Source of the DNA: Owenia fusiformis
Lineage: Eukaryota
DNA length: 63,945 nt
NCBI GenBank assembly: GCA_903813345.2
Contig: CAIIXF020000001.1
Coordinates: 32,612,056-32,676,000 of the forward strand
Direction: 5' to 3'
Shown piece by piece: positions 13,140 through 26,808 of the stretch; the first letter of the stretch is position 1; the number at the start of each line of letters is the position of its first letter. The translations under genes were made by a program, and so were the position numbers. Under the pieces are notes generated by a model. That model saw only the letters and a program-made list of their open reading frames with translations, was not told the DNA's origin and did no database searches.

Positions 13140-13375
13140 CACTGCGTGAAATATGGGATTCCAACTCTTGACACGTCTAGAAACTGGTCTTTACACGCCG
13201 GGTTTCTAGACGTGCCAATTATTTACACCTCTTGACATGCGATGAATTCAACTCTTTACACCTCTTTGCACTTCTTGGCACACGCAGTGCAAAGACGTGT
13301 AAAGACCATGTCAAAAAGTCTTTGCACGCCCTGTGACAATTAATGGAATCTCTTGACACGCTCTTGGCACACTGA
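13140..13375. repeat. Sub-terminal-type repeat cluster (CTCTTGACACG/TCTTTACACG), CACTG-ended MITE remnant
   Basis: CACTGCGTG (13140) ... CACGCAGTG (13281-13289) inverted pair plus repeated 11-mers; no TSD. Confidence 0.4.
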
Positions 13376-16300
13376 ACAACATAATTATGTGTAAACAACT
13401 GACCTAATTACCAATAGCAATACATACAGTATTTTAAACGATTGCAAGTATTTTTTCTGATACTTTTAATTGATATATTTTTTAATCATTCTTTCGCAGA
13501 CTGTTTGGAACAAGTACATGTAGCAAATATTAAACAGACTATTTTGTATGTACGCTGACACATTGACTTATTTAAACATTTTGGCAATTTCATGCCGCCT
13601 TTTGAAAATATAAATCAGTTACAGGCAATGCTAATCGACGCATTGATCCTAAGTGAAGGAAATACATATCATGATAAGAAAAAGAAAGGCGTTTCAAGGA
13701 TAAAACGTGCAATAAACTTTGAAAACACTGATACATCAGGCCTATTTATATATTTATTTTGTATTAGCTTAATATAAGTTAACCTTACTTTTCGATGAGT
13801 ATTAGGATTTCGGAGTAATTTGTTTCAAGTTAAGTCAATACAAATTATCGCCGACTTAACTTGTGACCATACATATGATAAATGAGGGGCATTTTAATAC
13901 ACAATTGGGCAAAACAAGCATATTCAATCGAATGTACCATTCTCTCTGCTGTTCTTTCCCAGCCTATCCATAAACAGACAGGTACAAGTTCCCATAGTTT
14001 TCACAACATATAATTCTATGATCAATTGCTAGACACAGCAAATATACTAATTAATTGTCTGATTGTGATTCGGGAACGTAGAGTTTTTACATAAACAGGA
14101 TACTTTGGCTGTACATAGCCTGGGAACACCGGATTGACCCCCCCCCCCCAATCGACGCCTAGGCGCTGCTTATGTTTTAATAAGAAATATTCCCTTGTAA
14201 ATAATTATCGGGATATGAATTGATACAAGGTCAAGTATTCTGCCCCTTTTGTGTGATAAAAATATGTATTTAATTGGTGCTTTAACTTTTTGAACAAAGA
14301 AATGAAATAATCGCACTGAATGTCTCAACATAAATCAGTGATCAGTGATTAATAAATGGCACTTTTATGTCAGTCTACGCACTTCATGGACATGGACGGG
14401 GGGGGGGGGGGGTGAGTTACCCATTCTAAAATGGTTAAATTTTGTATTAAAGAGTAATCAATAGGTCGTGAACTCCGATTGATAACCAACTGTAGCATAC
14501 TACTTAATTTGTTTGACTATTGATATTAAAAAGAAGTGAATTTATGTTATTCATAGAGGTACATTGTATTGGTATTAATATAATAATGATATTGGGGACC
14601 ATAAACCACTTTGTTTCGCAAGTAGCTTTAGGATCGCGGTTTTATCTTCACATGTTGCCCTTTGTGCAATTCGAAAATGAAATATTTTAATCTATAATTT
14701 ATATATCATTTGCAAAATAAATGTAATTAAGAGACACGGGGGAGGGGGGGGGGGGGGGGTTAACGGCCAGAGTTTGGAATGAATTTGGGAATTTCAAGGA
14801 TTGATTCACTTAATGTTGTTCACTGGAGTCGATACACACACCTGCATAACAATCTGATATGATAACAAAAGATTAATAACTTAGTCTATGTTTTTGTTTT
14901 TATAATTGCGGAAGTGTACCAAAACCACCTTGATTACAGAAGATATCGTCTAGGCTTTAGATTTAATGAATAGATTTTTTGCCCTAGTCTCATTTAATAA
15001 AACAGGCTATTTGCGTATTTAATTAATATTTGTGACAAAATATTTCAGTTAGACTCAAAATCAAAACGAATTTCTCCATTATAGCCCCCCTTGCAACTGT
15101 CCCGAGTCTGCATCTGTTTTTCATGCTTCCGATCCACCTTTGGGATAGAGAGAATAGATGTAGATTTGTAATTTGGGGGGGGGGGGTGGCATTAAATGTG
15201 TTCTCATACAAACTAAAATAAACCCCAAAAAGCCATATCAAATGTCCAAACACAAGACCAATGCCATGTCAAACGTCCAAATATATAACCAATGCCATAC
15301 CCCCGGGTACCAAATATCCAGAATATAAGACCAAGGCCATTCGAAATATCGAATGCCCCGAGAAGAAGGCAGATCTTTGAGTAAATGATCATAAACAACC
15401 TCAAATGAAGGATATGTGTAACAACTAGACATGCAATGCCCCGGGACCAATGCCGTACCACAATTGAGGGGTAACATATTTTCCACACCGATTCTTATAC
15501 CAGAAAATGGAAAAATCTGTCTTAAAATGTGGGTCCATTGGCTTGACATACCAAATGTAAAAAAAGGTACCCCACCTGAGCCGAGTGTGAACCCCCGGGG
15601 TGAATGGTGAACACACGGGGCAAGGAATTCTTCGATTTTGATTCAAGTAATTCTTTTTATAAAATTCATACTCATGTTAATAGCGGACGCCTTGGCCAAA
15701 TAATCTTTCAAATCATGCACTTTCCAAGTGATTTTGTAACAAAATTGTGATAATATATGAACCCCTTGGAATTATTCAAAGACGGACCCCCGCCAGCCCA
15801 TCCCCCATTCTTACCTATGCTAAACACTAAGATAAACATATTGACTTGATTGTAAACTTCCGTAGAAATATCCTGTAGATGAAGAAACAAATGGCCTTTC
15901 ATAAAGTGAGCCAGTCTGTCTGATTGCTTAATATGTTGGTCAAAATATTTTTGCTCATATAACATCAAAATAGTACATTTTAGATGTAAATGAATGATGT
16001 CAATGGATTCTTACGGATTATGTTGTTCCTGGGAAATGAAAATGTGATTTATTTTTCCTGGCTGTTCTAGGAAAACATTTTTGAAAAATATCTATGCAGG
16101 CATTAAAATGCATCATTAGAAATCATGGCCTTCTATAAGACCGATTAACTTCTCTCCCGGGGCTTCTCTCTAGTTGAAAGATGTGATGTGTATCAAAAAT
16201 TTAAAAACGAGGTTGGCCGCGCGGGCGCCGTATGGTTGACACACGGGCAATGCAAGAATGTGAAGTGTAACTGTGTCCCCGGGTAATGCCGAACGATTGG

Positions 16301-16429
16301 TGTTGGTCGTAGATATAGTATACCATTCGAGTAGCAAATATGTCTGATGCATAAACGGTACAAAGGGGTCTAGGGTGACACATTACAGTAACATACATGT
16401 TTTGATCTGATTTATGATGAGAGCCTTTA

Positions 16430-17278
16430 TCCCTACTTTAGGCTAAAACCCCAACCCCTGTTGATGCCCTATTTTCCATTATGTCTACCCCTCAATCCCC
16501 TGTTCAGGCCTAACATTAACCTACCTCATCAACCTCCTGTTAAAATCATACTTTTCTAATGTAGATACAATTCTAAACCCCGGCCTTTGAAAGCCCTATT
16601 TTGCAGGGAACCTTACCCCAAACCCCTGTTGAAGCCCTACTTTTCCATTGTACCTCCCGTGCTGTACCTACTCCTGACCCCCTATTGAAGCCCTACTTTT
16701 CTTATGTAGCTACAATACTAAACCCCCTGTGAAATCCCTACTTGAACAGGGTACCTAACCCCAAACCCCTATTGAAGCCCTACCTTTCCATTGTGCCTAC
16801 CCCTCTACCCCCTGTTCAGGCCTAACCTTAACCTACCTCATCAACCCCCTGTTGAGCCCTACTTTTCTAATGTAGCAGCCTAAACTTCCAGTTAAAGCCC
16901 TTCTTTTATAGGGCACATTACCCCCATAGGCGTAGCCAGGTGGGGGGGGGGGCGATGGGTGCGATCGCATCCACCCCATAAGCAATGAAAATAGAATCAT
17001 GAGATAAAGGGAGAAAAGAGCCTTAAAATGCTTTTTATTTGAAGCTTCTAGCTCCATTTTGGCTTGATAATGCCACGATCACACCGCCCCCCCCCCTGAA
17101 AATTCGCACCCTCTCCTGACTGAAAGCTGGCTACGCCCCTGACCCCTAACAATTGTTGGAGTCATACTTTTCCATTGTGCCTTCCCCTCAACTCCTCATC
17201 AATTTCCCATCTAAGCCCTACTTTTCACTTTTCAGGGTGCGTTCCCCCTAACCCCTGTTAAATCCCCACTTTTCCATA
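16430..17278. repeat. Degenerate ~40-45-bp C-rich minisatellite (AACCCCTGTTGAAGCCCTACTTTTCCATTG...) interrupted by a MITE
   Basis: Unit repeats many times. Blocks ~16455-16565 and ~16765-16875 are closely similar, suggesting a higher-order repeat. Confidence 0.8.
16925..17141 (+). mobile_element. MITE, CATAGGCGTAGCCAG...CTGGCTACGCCCCTG family, 5-bp TSD
   Basis: 15-bp imperfect TIRs. ACCCC duplicated at 16920-16924 and 17142-17146. Relatives at 62669-62901 and inside 18812-19690. Confidence 0.85.
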
Positions 17279-18068
17279 AAACATCAGACAATCACATAGA
17301 ATCAGCGATGGACATACATGTAAGGGTTTAATTGGCAAGGGGATATGCATAATGTTTTTACTATTTGCTCAATGAATTCTTCATGATTCACAACTTCATC
17401 TGTGAACTATTTAATTTGTTATAATATATGAATGATATGTGGATTCAATACCATTGTGGGATCCACTGCCTTTATTATTCTTTGGAATATACTGGTTTAA
17501 GAGGGGCTCTGATAAATCAGAATGATTCAATTCATTTACTTTATTAATCTAATTTTCAGAATGAGATTGTTTTGCACAAAATGAAACTTGTTTTTTGAGA
17601 ATTGAGACATATTGTACATATCTCTTAAATTATATTGAATCATAAATGTATATATTTTAACGGAATGAAGAAAATATACATAAATACTTAAAATAATTTC
17701 TAAACGTCATGATCAGCAACAATCAAAGTGGTTATTACAAATAAAAACATCCTCTACAGAAACAGGTCTCCTGAACAGACGGCTGATTAGTATTTGTTTT
17801 GTCTCGATAACTGATCAAAGATGTTAAATAGTTGGATCATGAGTATTAATGTAATTCCAATAAAAATTGGAATTTGATATGTTTGAGTAGCAGTTTCTTC
17901 ATAAATTAATGTGATGTTTTATAACGTTTTAAGATGGATTGAAAATAATTTAATAACATATTAAGCATGTTATGTACATGCGTGTTACAGAAAATAGTAT
18001 ATGCATTTGACTATCTAGCTTTTGGTGTTTTGATGACGCTTATTTATTGTAGAAGAGACACACTTGTG

Positions 18069-18430
18069 CAGTACTGTCAACCCCTAAAGATTTTCTCGCG
18101 GGACAGATTTTTTAGACCCAGTGCCCAAAATTCGCGGGATTTTGCGGGACATCTACTAAATTCGCGGGATTTTGCGGGACATTTAAGGGATTTGCGTGAT
18201 TGCGCTAATAGGAGATTTTTTTATCAAATTCGCGGGATTTCGCGGGACCATTCGAGGGACAAACACCCTAATTGCGGGACAGTTAACAGGTGTACCACCA
18301 AAAACTTCACAGAGGGACAGATTTTTTAGACAAAGTGCCCTAAATTTGCGGGATTTCGCGGGACATCCACCTAAATTTGCAGGATGTCCCGGGACATTCA
18401 AGGGATTTGCGTGATTGGGACTAATGTAAA
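18069..18430 (+). repeat. Tandem ~215-bp duplication built from TTCGCGGGATTTTGCGGGACA sub-repeats (hAT-like subterminal array)
   Basis: GGGACAGATTTTTTAGAC...GGGATTTGCGTGATTG occurs at ~18100-18200 and ~18314-18418. Multiple CGGGAC(A) motifs. Confidence 0.65.
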
Positions 18431-18811
18431 AGCGTGTAGAAGTACTTAAATCAAACTTTCAGATACTGATTAATCAAATATAATGCACCGTTACAGTTTA
18501 ACTTAAATAAACGTCAACACAATTTCACAAAATACGCATAGGAATATTATTAAACTTTATTGTAATTTATCAAAAACAAAAACCATGCTTCAGGTGTGAT
18601 TACCGTAATCTAACACGAAATTCAAAAATTCGGAACAATACTTTGCACTTCTGGCGTCGTGACCAACTATGAAACGCTTACCCCCATAATGTTATATATT
18701 AAAATGTACCTATTCATATACTGTAGGCATGGGCTTTCAATTGAAAGCCCATGATATAGGGGTTCGATTAATCTACATCAAATTATAGGGAATGAGGTTA
18801 ATTTTCTAGAT

Positions 18812-19690
18812 AGGGTTTGTATAAAAAACCGGGTACCGGGTAGTAAATCCTCCACGCTGGGTTCAAACTTGGTAGCCGGTCGAAAAAAACCAAAAAACGA
18901 AATATACGAATACACAACATAATTAGATCATTAGAAAACGTGTAAGATTTGTTTTGAATTTACAAAAATGTATCTAACTTCCTTCAAAATTGAGCTAGCA
19001 GCTTCAAATAAAAAGCATTTTAAGGCTCTTTTCTTCCTCTATCATCTTGGTCATATTTCCATTGGTAATGAAGGGGGGGGGGGGTGCGATCGCACCCCCT
19101 CCTGGCTACGCCAATGACATTGTAAGACGATTTGAAAAACAAGACAAATCATCTTACTCTATTTTCAATAGTTCGTATGTTGGTACGTGAATTGTTTTGA
19201 TTTAAATCTGTAAATAGCTATCGTTGCTTTAGCAGAGAGGTGACGTGTGTTAATTTGCATGATGCAACGTGTAAGATTTTGATTATTAATCATAATTTAA
19301 GTTATCCCAATTTATGACAAAATGTCCACTGAATTGTAAATTGTTATGTCTTACAATGTCATAGGCGTTGCCAGGAGAGGGTGCGATGGTGCGATCGCAC
19401 CCCCCCCCCATAACCAATGAAAATATGGCCATAACGATAGAGGAAGAAAAGTGCCTTAAAATATGCTTTTTATTTGAAGCTTCTAGCTCAATTTTGAATC
19501 ATGTTACATACATTTTTGCAAATTCAAAACAAATTTTACACGTTTTCTCATAATCTAATTATGTTATATATTCGTATTTTTCGTTTTTTGGGTACCCGTT
19601 TTTTTTGACCGGGTACCGGGTACCGGGTACCAAGTTTGAACCCAGCATGGAGGATTTACTACCCGGTACCCGGTTTTTTATACAAACCCT
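18812..19690. mobile_element. hAT-like foldback element with ~320-340-bp TIRs and 8-bp TSD
   Basis: Arms 18812-19128 and 19348-19690 are reverse complements (AGGGTTTGTATAAAAAACCGGGTACC...). Perfect TSD TTCTAGAT at 18804-18811 and 19691-19698, matching the NTCTAGAN preference of some hATs. Confidence 0.9.
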
Positions 19691-20521
19691 TTCTAGATAT
19701 TAGCGTACATTTATTGTAACTCGCGTTTGCTAACATTTGCTCAGTTCTTAGATGAAGGCCACACGGGTAGTAAAAAGGCCAACGTTGGAACTATTTGTGA
19801 CCTACATCCCTATTTTCGTAATTAAAATGAAAGTTGAACCATTCCCCTTTATTTTGATACCAACAGCATGCTAGTACAAATCAAGTGGCAGATTTGTGAG
19901 TAAAAGCTTAATATAGTATATTTTTATCATTCATTTCAGCTAATTGTTATTGTTATATTTTCTGCATTTCATTAAACAAAATCACTAAACTTATGAGGCG
20001 ATCCCTCAATATTGAGATCCACAAGTTTTGGGAATGTACGTATCATTGAATATATGCCTTCAGTCTGTCGTCAATATAACCCTCGCAAGCTCGGGCTATA
20101 TTGACGTCGGACTTCAGGCATATATTCAATGATAGGGACATAATGGCTAATATACAGTATTGCTTTAAAAAAATCATGATTTAATTTCAGCTTGGCTGAA
20201 CGCAAAAGCAACTGCAGGTGGCTATCCCAAACTGAGTAACTATTATTAACTCTCACAATCTAAAACAGGTGCTCTTTGATTGATTGACATTGTCAGTAAG
20301 GTTGATACTAGTATACAAATTGTATATTACGGGCAGAACAGCAGATGGATTGCATGGTTTTCGTTAAAACCCATGCAGATGCATTCAATTTTGCATGTGG
20401 ATTAACATGCTTTGCATGGATTTGAATGGATGCAGCATGGACTTTGCATGGATTTGAATGGATGTTGCATGGATCATGCGAGTCCCTTTTTTTTAGGGTT
20501 TGGGTGTTCAGTCTAGGACCC

Positions 20522-20835
20522 CCCTTATAAAAAATCCGACCTTCAAAGTCCGTAAACAAACCATCGCTTTTTAATAATTTAAATCCGGATATCCTTCACA
20601 ACTATGGATTTCTTCAAAGTGGGAATGGTTGCACTTACTTGCAATGGTTGTAAGAAAATCAATCAAAGCTGCCAACCATTTGTAATGGTTACAAATCATT
20701 GAAACATTTTCAATGATTTGCAACCACAATTGTAATGGTTGCATATACATGGTTGGCAACCATTACAGCGATGATTGGAGCAATGGTCGGCAACCATTTG
20801 TTTTCGGAATTACAAGGTCGGATTTTTTATAAGGG
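20522..20835. mobile_element. MITE with 22-bp TIRs (CCC...GGG), likely animal EnSpm/CACTA-type
   Basis: CCCTTATAAAAAATCCGACCTT / AAGGTCGGATTTTTTATAAGGG. 2-bp CC on both flanks. Internal CAATGGTTG/CAACCATT repeats. Confidence 0.8.
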
Positions 20836-21477
20836 CCTCGCCAAATTTATATAAAATAAACCCCCAGGTGTTGTACTAACATGTACATGCAATTCTGTTA
20901 AACATGTACCTGATATTGATCAATAATCAACTACTATTTGCTAATTATGTCCAAGGAATGAAGAAATGAAGTTTAAAAAGTGATATTTACTTATAATCTC
21001 TTGCCTCACTTCTTGGACATAATGTAATAATGAATCATTGGTGATTCAGCACTCATCCATATTGGCTAAACCATGACTGGTTTGAGTTGGTGGACCCAAT
21101 AAAAAGAAGTATCATCAATATCGTCTTTTCCATGACTGATATGAGATGATGGGGTTACTAAAATGAAGTGTTTTCCATATAGTCTATTCCATGACTGACG
21201 TGAGTTCATGGAGAAGATAAAGAAGAGTGTCAGATAAGTATTATTTTCTTTTATAATGACTATGTTATCTAGATACAGGTTGTTCCAAAAGTAAGATCAT
21301 GCATCTGTATCTAGTCTGGGTACAATGCTTAATAGATATAATATTGATCTCTTGATATCAAATTTTTGAACTTGTAAGCTATTAAAGATTAAAAAGATAT
21401 TAGTGTAAAGACTCTTACAGTTCATGAATATTGCTAGGAAATATCAGTTCTGAGCTTGTGGTCACTTTATTATTTCA

Positions 21478-21616
21478 GCAACCCCAAGAGCCCCAAGGAG
21501 AAAACACACTTGTCCATCTTGCCACAAGAAAGTTGTCAGATTAACAGCACATTTTAGAGTCCATAAAAAGAATGACCCAAAATACAAAATTCCAGCAAAG
21601 GGGACATGCCATTAAG
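21478..21616 (+). pseudogene. Isolated exon-like fragment with a C2H2 zinc finger
   Basis: tttcag acceptor followed by ...HTCPSCHKKVVRLTAHFRVHKK. No linked exons found. Confidence 0.35.
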
Positions 21617-22194
21617 AGGCTATTCTCTGACTTAGTCATTTTTTCAAAAGTGTGAAAATAAAAAAATTCATGAATAGTTAAAATATTCTGAATAACAAGT
21701 TGAATATATATATTTAATGATGGCACAAGCAAAAGTCTGAAAATTAACATGAAATGAAGGGTTTTGACAGATGCAAAAGATGGTAGATTTGTGATGAAGA
21801 AATAGAGGTTTTTTGCAGTGACAACACAATTACCTCAAAGTTATCCGTTATGAGAGGCTGAGGACTAAACTTGACATAATTTTCAATCTCAGATTATCAG
21901 TAGTATCTAACTTAAGCCGGACAGCCACTCAAAATGTATATGGAGCCCATAAGATTCATTTTTCTCAATTGAAGTCACTATTTCTGTTTTTAGCTTCAGA
22001 GGATAGGAGGTACATGAACATGCTAAGTTTACCTAGATCAAAAGCCTTACCACAAATATAAAGTATATAGGAATAGAGTTGATATGTGTGAAAACCTTAA
22101 ACTTCCCATTTTATTGGGGATGGAACTTGTGGACCATGTGTATTTCTAACTTCTTCACATCTGCATGGATCTAAAATTGTGGCAGCCATCTTGG

Positions 22195-22510
22195 ATTTGT
22201 CATATATGTGGGAATTGCCAGCCTATGGACCCTACAGAGGAGAATGTGTGCTGTAAAAGCATTCATGAGGTGATGGGCCTAAATCACCAAGCCATGCTCC
22301 TTGGGGAGGTTTTCACAGTTCCAAGATGTATTACTCTGAACCCTGGGTTCCTGGGCTATGCATCAATAGACTGACGCTTATTAATGCATGGAGGACATTT
22401 AAGAAGCATTATCCGCATGGCAGCATGGGGGATTCTTGGGCCAAAGGTTAGCACTATCTTCGACCAGAGGCATTCTGTTTCAGTTTGTAGGGTTTCAGGA
22501 AGCAGAATAA
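22195..22510 (+). pseudogene. P2X7 C-terminal (ballast)-like Cys-rich domain fragment
   Basis: CHICGNCQPM..EENVCC...CITLNPGF/GLCINRLTL...AWGILGPKV...FVGFQEAE* across frameshifts. Confidence 0.7.
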
Positions 22511-23516
22511 TAAACATGAATTAATAGAGCATTAGGCATCTGTTTCATTATCTTTTGGTATTGTAACTCTTATTTGAAGAAATTACTGAAAGAAATTAGG
22601 ATTATTGTATATATTTTTTCAAGGATATAATCTGCCTAGGAGGAGACCATCTCTTGAAAGCCATGCGACAGCTCCACCAGGAGCTAAATGTTATTTAGTC
22701 ACACTAATTAAAATATATTCAAGTTTTTAAAGCTGTAGTATTATTTGAAACTCTGTATTTGCATTAGATTGTGTAATTGTCAATTTCTTGTTTACATACC
22801 AAAAATAATTTATCATTTTGACAGTTCGATTTAATTGCCTGTATAAGATACAAGAACATAACTTAGGAGGAATGCCTGTTTGTAAGTTGCTCCCGCAATG
22901 GCAAACAAGGCAACAACCTGCCACTATATTTTCAGGTATTTTTGTAATACTTAAATATGTACATCTATTACTATTACCTAATAGCACTCTGTTTAAATAA
23001 AAATTAGGTTAGTAATATAATCTTTGGCAAATTTGAAGATGGTTTCAATTTTCTTGGACAAAATGTTTCAAAATGTAGCCGCTAGAAATAGTATAATGTC
23101 AAACCTCAGTTAATATATAACTACATCAATAAAGGCCATGGAGATTCTCAAGGAAGATTTTCAAGGAAGCTGACACTGTATAAATAACTTCTATCAATAA
23201 TTCAACATAAAATTGTCGATTTAAGTAAAAACACTCTCGTATACGTAGAGCCGATTCAAATCTTTAAAAGATCCCTTCAACAAAATTAATATAGGAATAT
23301 CAATTTTGCTCAAATCAATCAATAATACTGTAATAATAGTCAGAAAAAATATTAGTTTTGTAAGTGCTAAATCAGCACTAACTAAGTTAGCACTAAATTA
23401 GCACTGCTAAGTTGGCGCTGATTTCCCACTAACTGAGGTTTGTACTGATTTGGTACTGATTTATAAGTGCTAATTCCATACAAACATTATTTGTACAAAT
23501 TCTGTACCGAGTAACT

Positions 23517-23757
23517 GAAATTAATTTCCACCTTGGTGGAAATTATTTTTACCTCGGTTGAAATTAATTTCCACCGAGGTGAAAATAAATTCCACCCCGG
23601 TGGAAATTAGGCGTGTCATGACCTAATTTCCAGATGAAACAGACGGCCATAACAAAACAATGTCTGAACACCGAGACAAATTCGTGTTGTCCTATTCTAA
23701 TGATGGGTTTACGTAAAGGAGATTACTCATCTTCTTGGCTTTTGTCATGACATAAAA
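23517..23757 (+). mobile_element. IS3EU-like remnant: ~21-bp semi-palindromic tandem repeats followed by a decayed ORF start
   Basis: AAATTAATTTCCACCTTGGTGG-type repeats at 23517-23609. ATG at 23660 gives MSEHRDKFVLSYSNDGFT/KEI/LIFLAFV/HDI, resembling the N-terminus of eukaryotic IS3-like transposases. Confidence 0.45.
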
Positions 23758-23890
23758 AAGTGCTGTTGTGAATATATCAATTACGTTCAGTGGATAAAAT
23801 AAAGTTCCAGTAGTGTTCGTACGGATTCTATTGATGCAACATGGGTTTTAGGAAACATTTTCAAAACCACTATAGCAGTAGTAACCAAAT

Positions 23891-24200
23891 ATGTCAGACA
23901 TTCGAAATAGGGAAGAGTTCTTGGATGCATTTAACGAGAATAAGGCTAACTTCAATATGAGCGATATAGTGTTGAAGGATGAGCAGCTGGAAATAGCTTA
24001 TCAATGTTACAACAAAGAAGGATACGATTGACTTCCTTCCTACAGGATATGGAAATAAAAACTATGTGCCTTTCAGCTCAATTTGTTGACTATCTTCATG
24101 AATATTGCCAATGTGACGTTGACGAAGACACTTGTTACATTGACAAATGATCCCCTAAGACATGCTATAAATAGTTTCAATCAACATATAGTGATAATTA
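23891..24200 (+). pseudogene. RecQ-like helicase N-terminal fragment (type carried by Academ-like transposons)
   Basis: LKDEQLEIAYQCY.../KDTIDFLPTGYG(N)K = Q motif plus Walker A; frameshifted. Confidence 0.6.
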
Positions 24201-26808
24201 AGTTTGGGGATAATGATCTGGTGGAGCATGCATCACAGGGAAGCGGAGAAGGCCTTGGGGTCAAAGTGGCAACCAGGTTCTTCACTACCTGGGAGGCTGA
24301 ATTGTCGAGGCTAAGCAGTTCAGTCTCAGACTTGCCAAGAAACATCTTAGCGCAAGTTAGGTAGCCTCCTTTTGTGATCAGGTTGATACGGCCAACCATC
24401 ACCTCTGTGTACCCTTGTGCAGAACTGTTCTTGTTTGACCCTCTAACACATTATCTGGTGAAGCCATGAGAATGTCACAAGTGATATCCAAACTATATGT
24501 GAAACTGATAATGAGAACCTTTCCCATCCTTTAAGTTTGCAATGATAAAGATTGTCAAATGTCAACGAAAGGGTAAATAAAAAGAAATATCACAGGATTC
24601 GCAATTTCCTGAAAAAATAAAAGGAAGAAGAGGGAAGAAGTCAGGATTGTCCTGTCTATGTACCATCTGTGCAATTAAAAATGTCCAAAGCTAGGCTAAA
24701 AATATGCCCATCTATAGTATGTGCAGGTCTGTACACTTACTCAGAAATTCCTACAGCATATACTTCGAGGCATATATGATTATTTACAAAGTAAATAGTT
24801 TTTAATAGCATAGCGACATCTTCATTATCTTACTATAACTGATTATTAGCGCATGGGTATGTTCATTCGATTTACACATAGTCATAGTTGAGTAAAGCTT
24901 TTTAGTTTAATCAATGTTCAGAGCGAGTTCTACTTTTAACCAATCAACACTTGTATTACTTCAAGCTTGGTGATTAGTGTGTGGAATTTATAACTTTCTT
25001 TTGCTGTGGATCTATGTTGAGATTGCATCATGCACCATTATTATCAAGTTTTGTTCTATGACCTATTTTCTTGCTTTTTCACTATTTAACTTACTATAAG
25101 AAACTTTTTTTACATGATCCCTTTGATACTGAGCACCAAGTGCTTTTGTGGATGTTGTTCGGTGGTTGGTGTTCAGCAGTCAGTGTTTGGACATCAGCAT
25201 CTGTTACAAATGGCAGGTAGATAAAATTTTGCATGTTCAGGCCCTTTTGGTTAGTTATCCAAACAAAATAAGCGTAGTATACTCGTACAATAGGTATTCC
25301 AGAGTAAAATATTATTATAAGTTCAGCTGTTTTGAAAGTTGCACACATAATACTTTTTCATTTACATGCAATACAGCGAGTGATGACATCATAGTGAACC
25401 ATGTTAATTTACAAATAGGCAATTATGTTTCTGCATGGGGTAAATGCATATAATTAAATAAATAAAATATGTATCTAAGCTCAGTGAACTTGGACTTACT
25501 GTCTGGCCAAATACTGTTTTGAAAACTGTGGATATATGGCTGCAACACAGAATTCTCAGGTAAAAGATTATATAAATGATACTCATACAAAGTTTCTTTC
25601 TTCCATTTCTAATCATCAATGAAAGTGACACCTGTCAATATATATTATATTTTTTTTCAGATCTATGCTTGGAAATCTGCACTTGAGCCAACTGTTGATA
25701 GACCAGTGGGTCAGCAAGTGAGGAAAAGACTGGACTTCAGTAATGATTTTGAGAGGGAGGATGTTGATGATGACCCTAAGCCAGGTGCATAGAATTTTTT
25801 ATCACCTGAAGGATGATATCTGATAAAATTCTGCAAGTTCAAATGGATGCAGTAATATCAACACTAGCTGCAAGTATATTGTTGAAATTATTAATAGAAA
25901 TTATTTGTACTATGTTGAAATTATTATTAGACAATCAAGTATAAGGTGAATAAAAACTGATTTAGCATTTAACCAAAAAACTGTGATTTGGAAAAATCAG
26001 TAATACAAGGCGGCACATTCTATTATGAGCCAAGATATTTAAGACATTTTCCCTCAATGTCTTTGAAGACTTATAGATCAATATGTTGTTAATTTTATTG
26101 GCCTATAAAAAGAGAATATCATTTTACCCAAAATCTGGCTGACCAGTCAATGTTTGTTGATGCAGAACCAGTCCATCTATATAACCTATATTATTGGTCT
26201 CAATACACTAACAAGGCTTCACTTTCATTCATAAATGTAGTGTAGCCAATACATGGGCATTCTCCATGACATTTGTGACACAGTGTCCTATTGAATATAA
26301 TGTACAACAAGTTAATCCGATATATCATTGGAGACATTACTGTTTCTGTGTGAATTTCATGATTTGAGCAACATTCTGAAATTCATGATTTGAGAATTGA
26401 CACCTAATGTTTATTAACCTTCATTTAAAAAAGAATATAAAATATTTATTTATCTTACTTAAATTCAGAGCAATTGTAAAATTGATTTCTGCATAGTACC
26501 CTGAAAATATCATTGAAATCTGAGCAGTTTTGAAAAAGTTATACCAAAATACAAAATGTGGACATTTACATTGGCCCACCCTGTATTATAAACCAAAGTA
26601 ATTATTGTAAAAAAACATATTGCGGAATTCAAATATGCCATTTAAAAGAAGAAAACATAACTTATTTAAAGGTTCAATAAGCCAATCTCTAAATATCTCC
26701 CAAAAACGGGATTTGGCGAGATTTCAAAGCTTACTTGAAAAAAGTTTATTATCCAAAGTACTTCTTTCATTGGTATGCTTGGTTTCAAAACCTATTTTCT
26801 TCTTGTAG

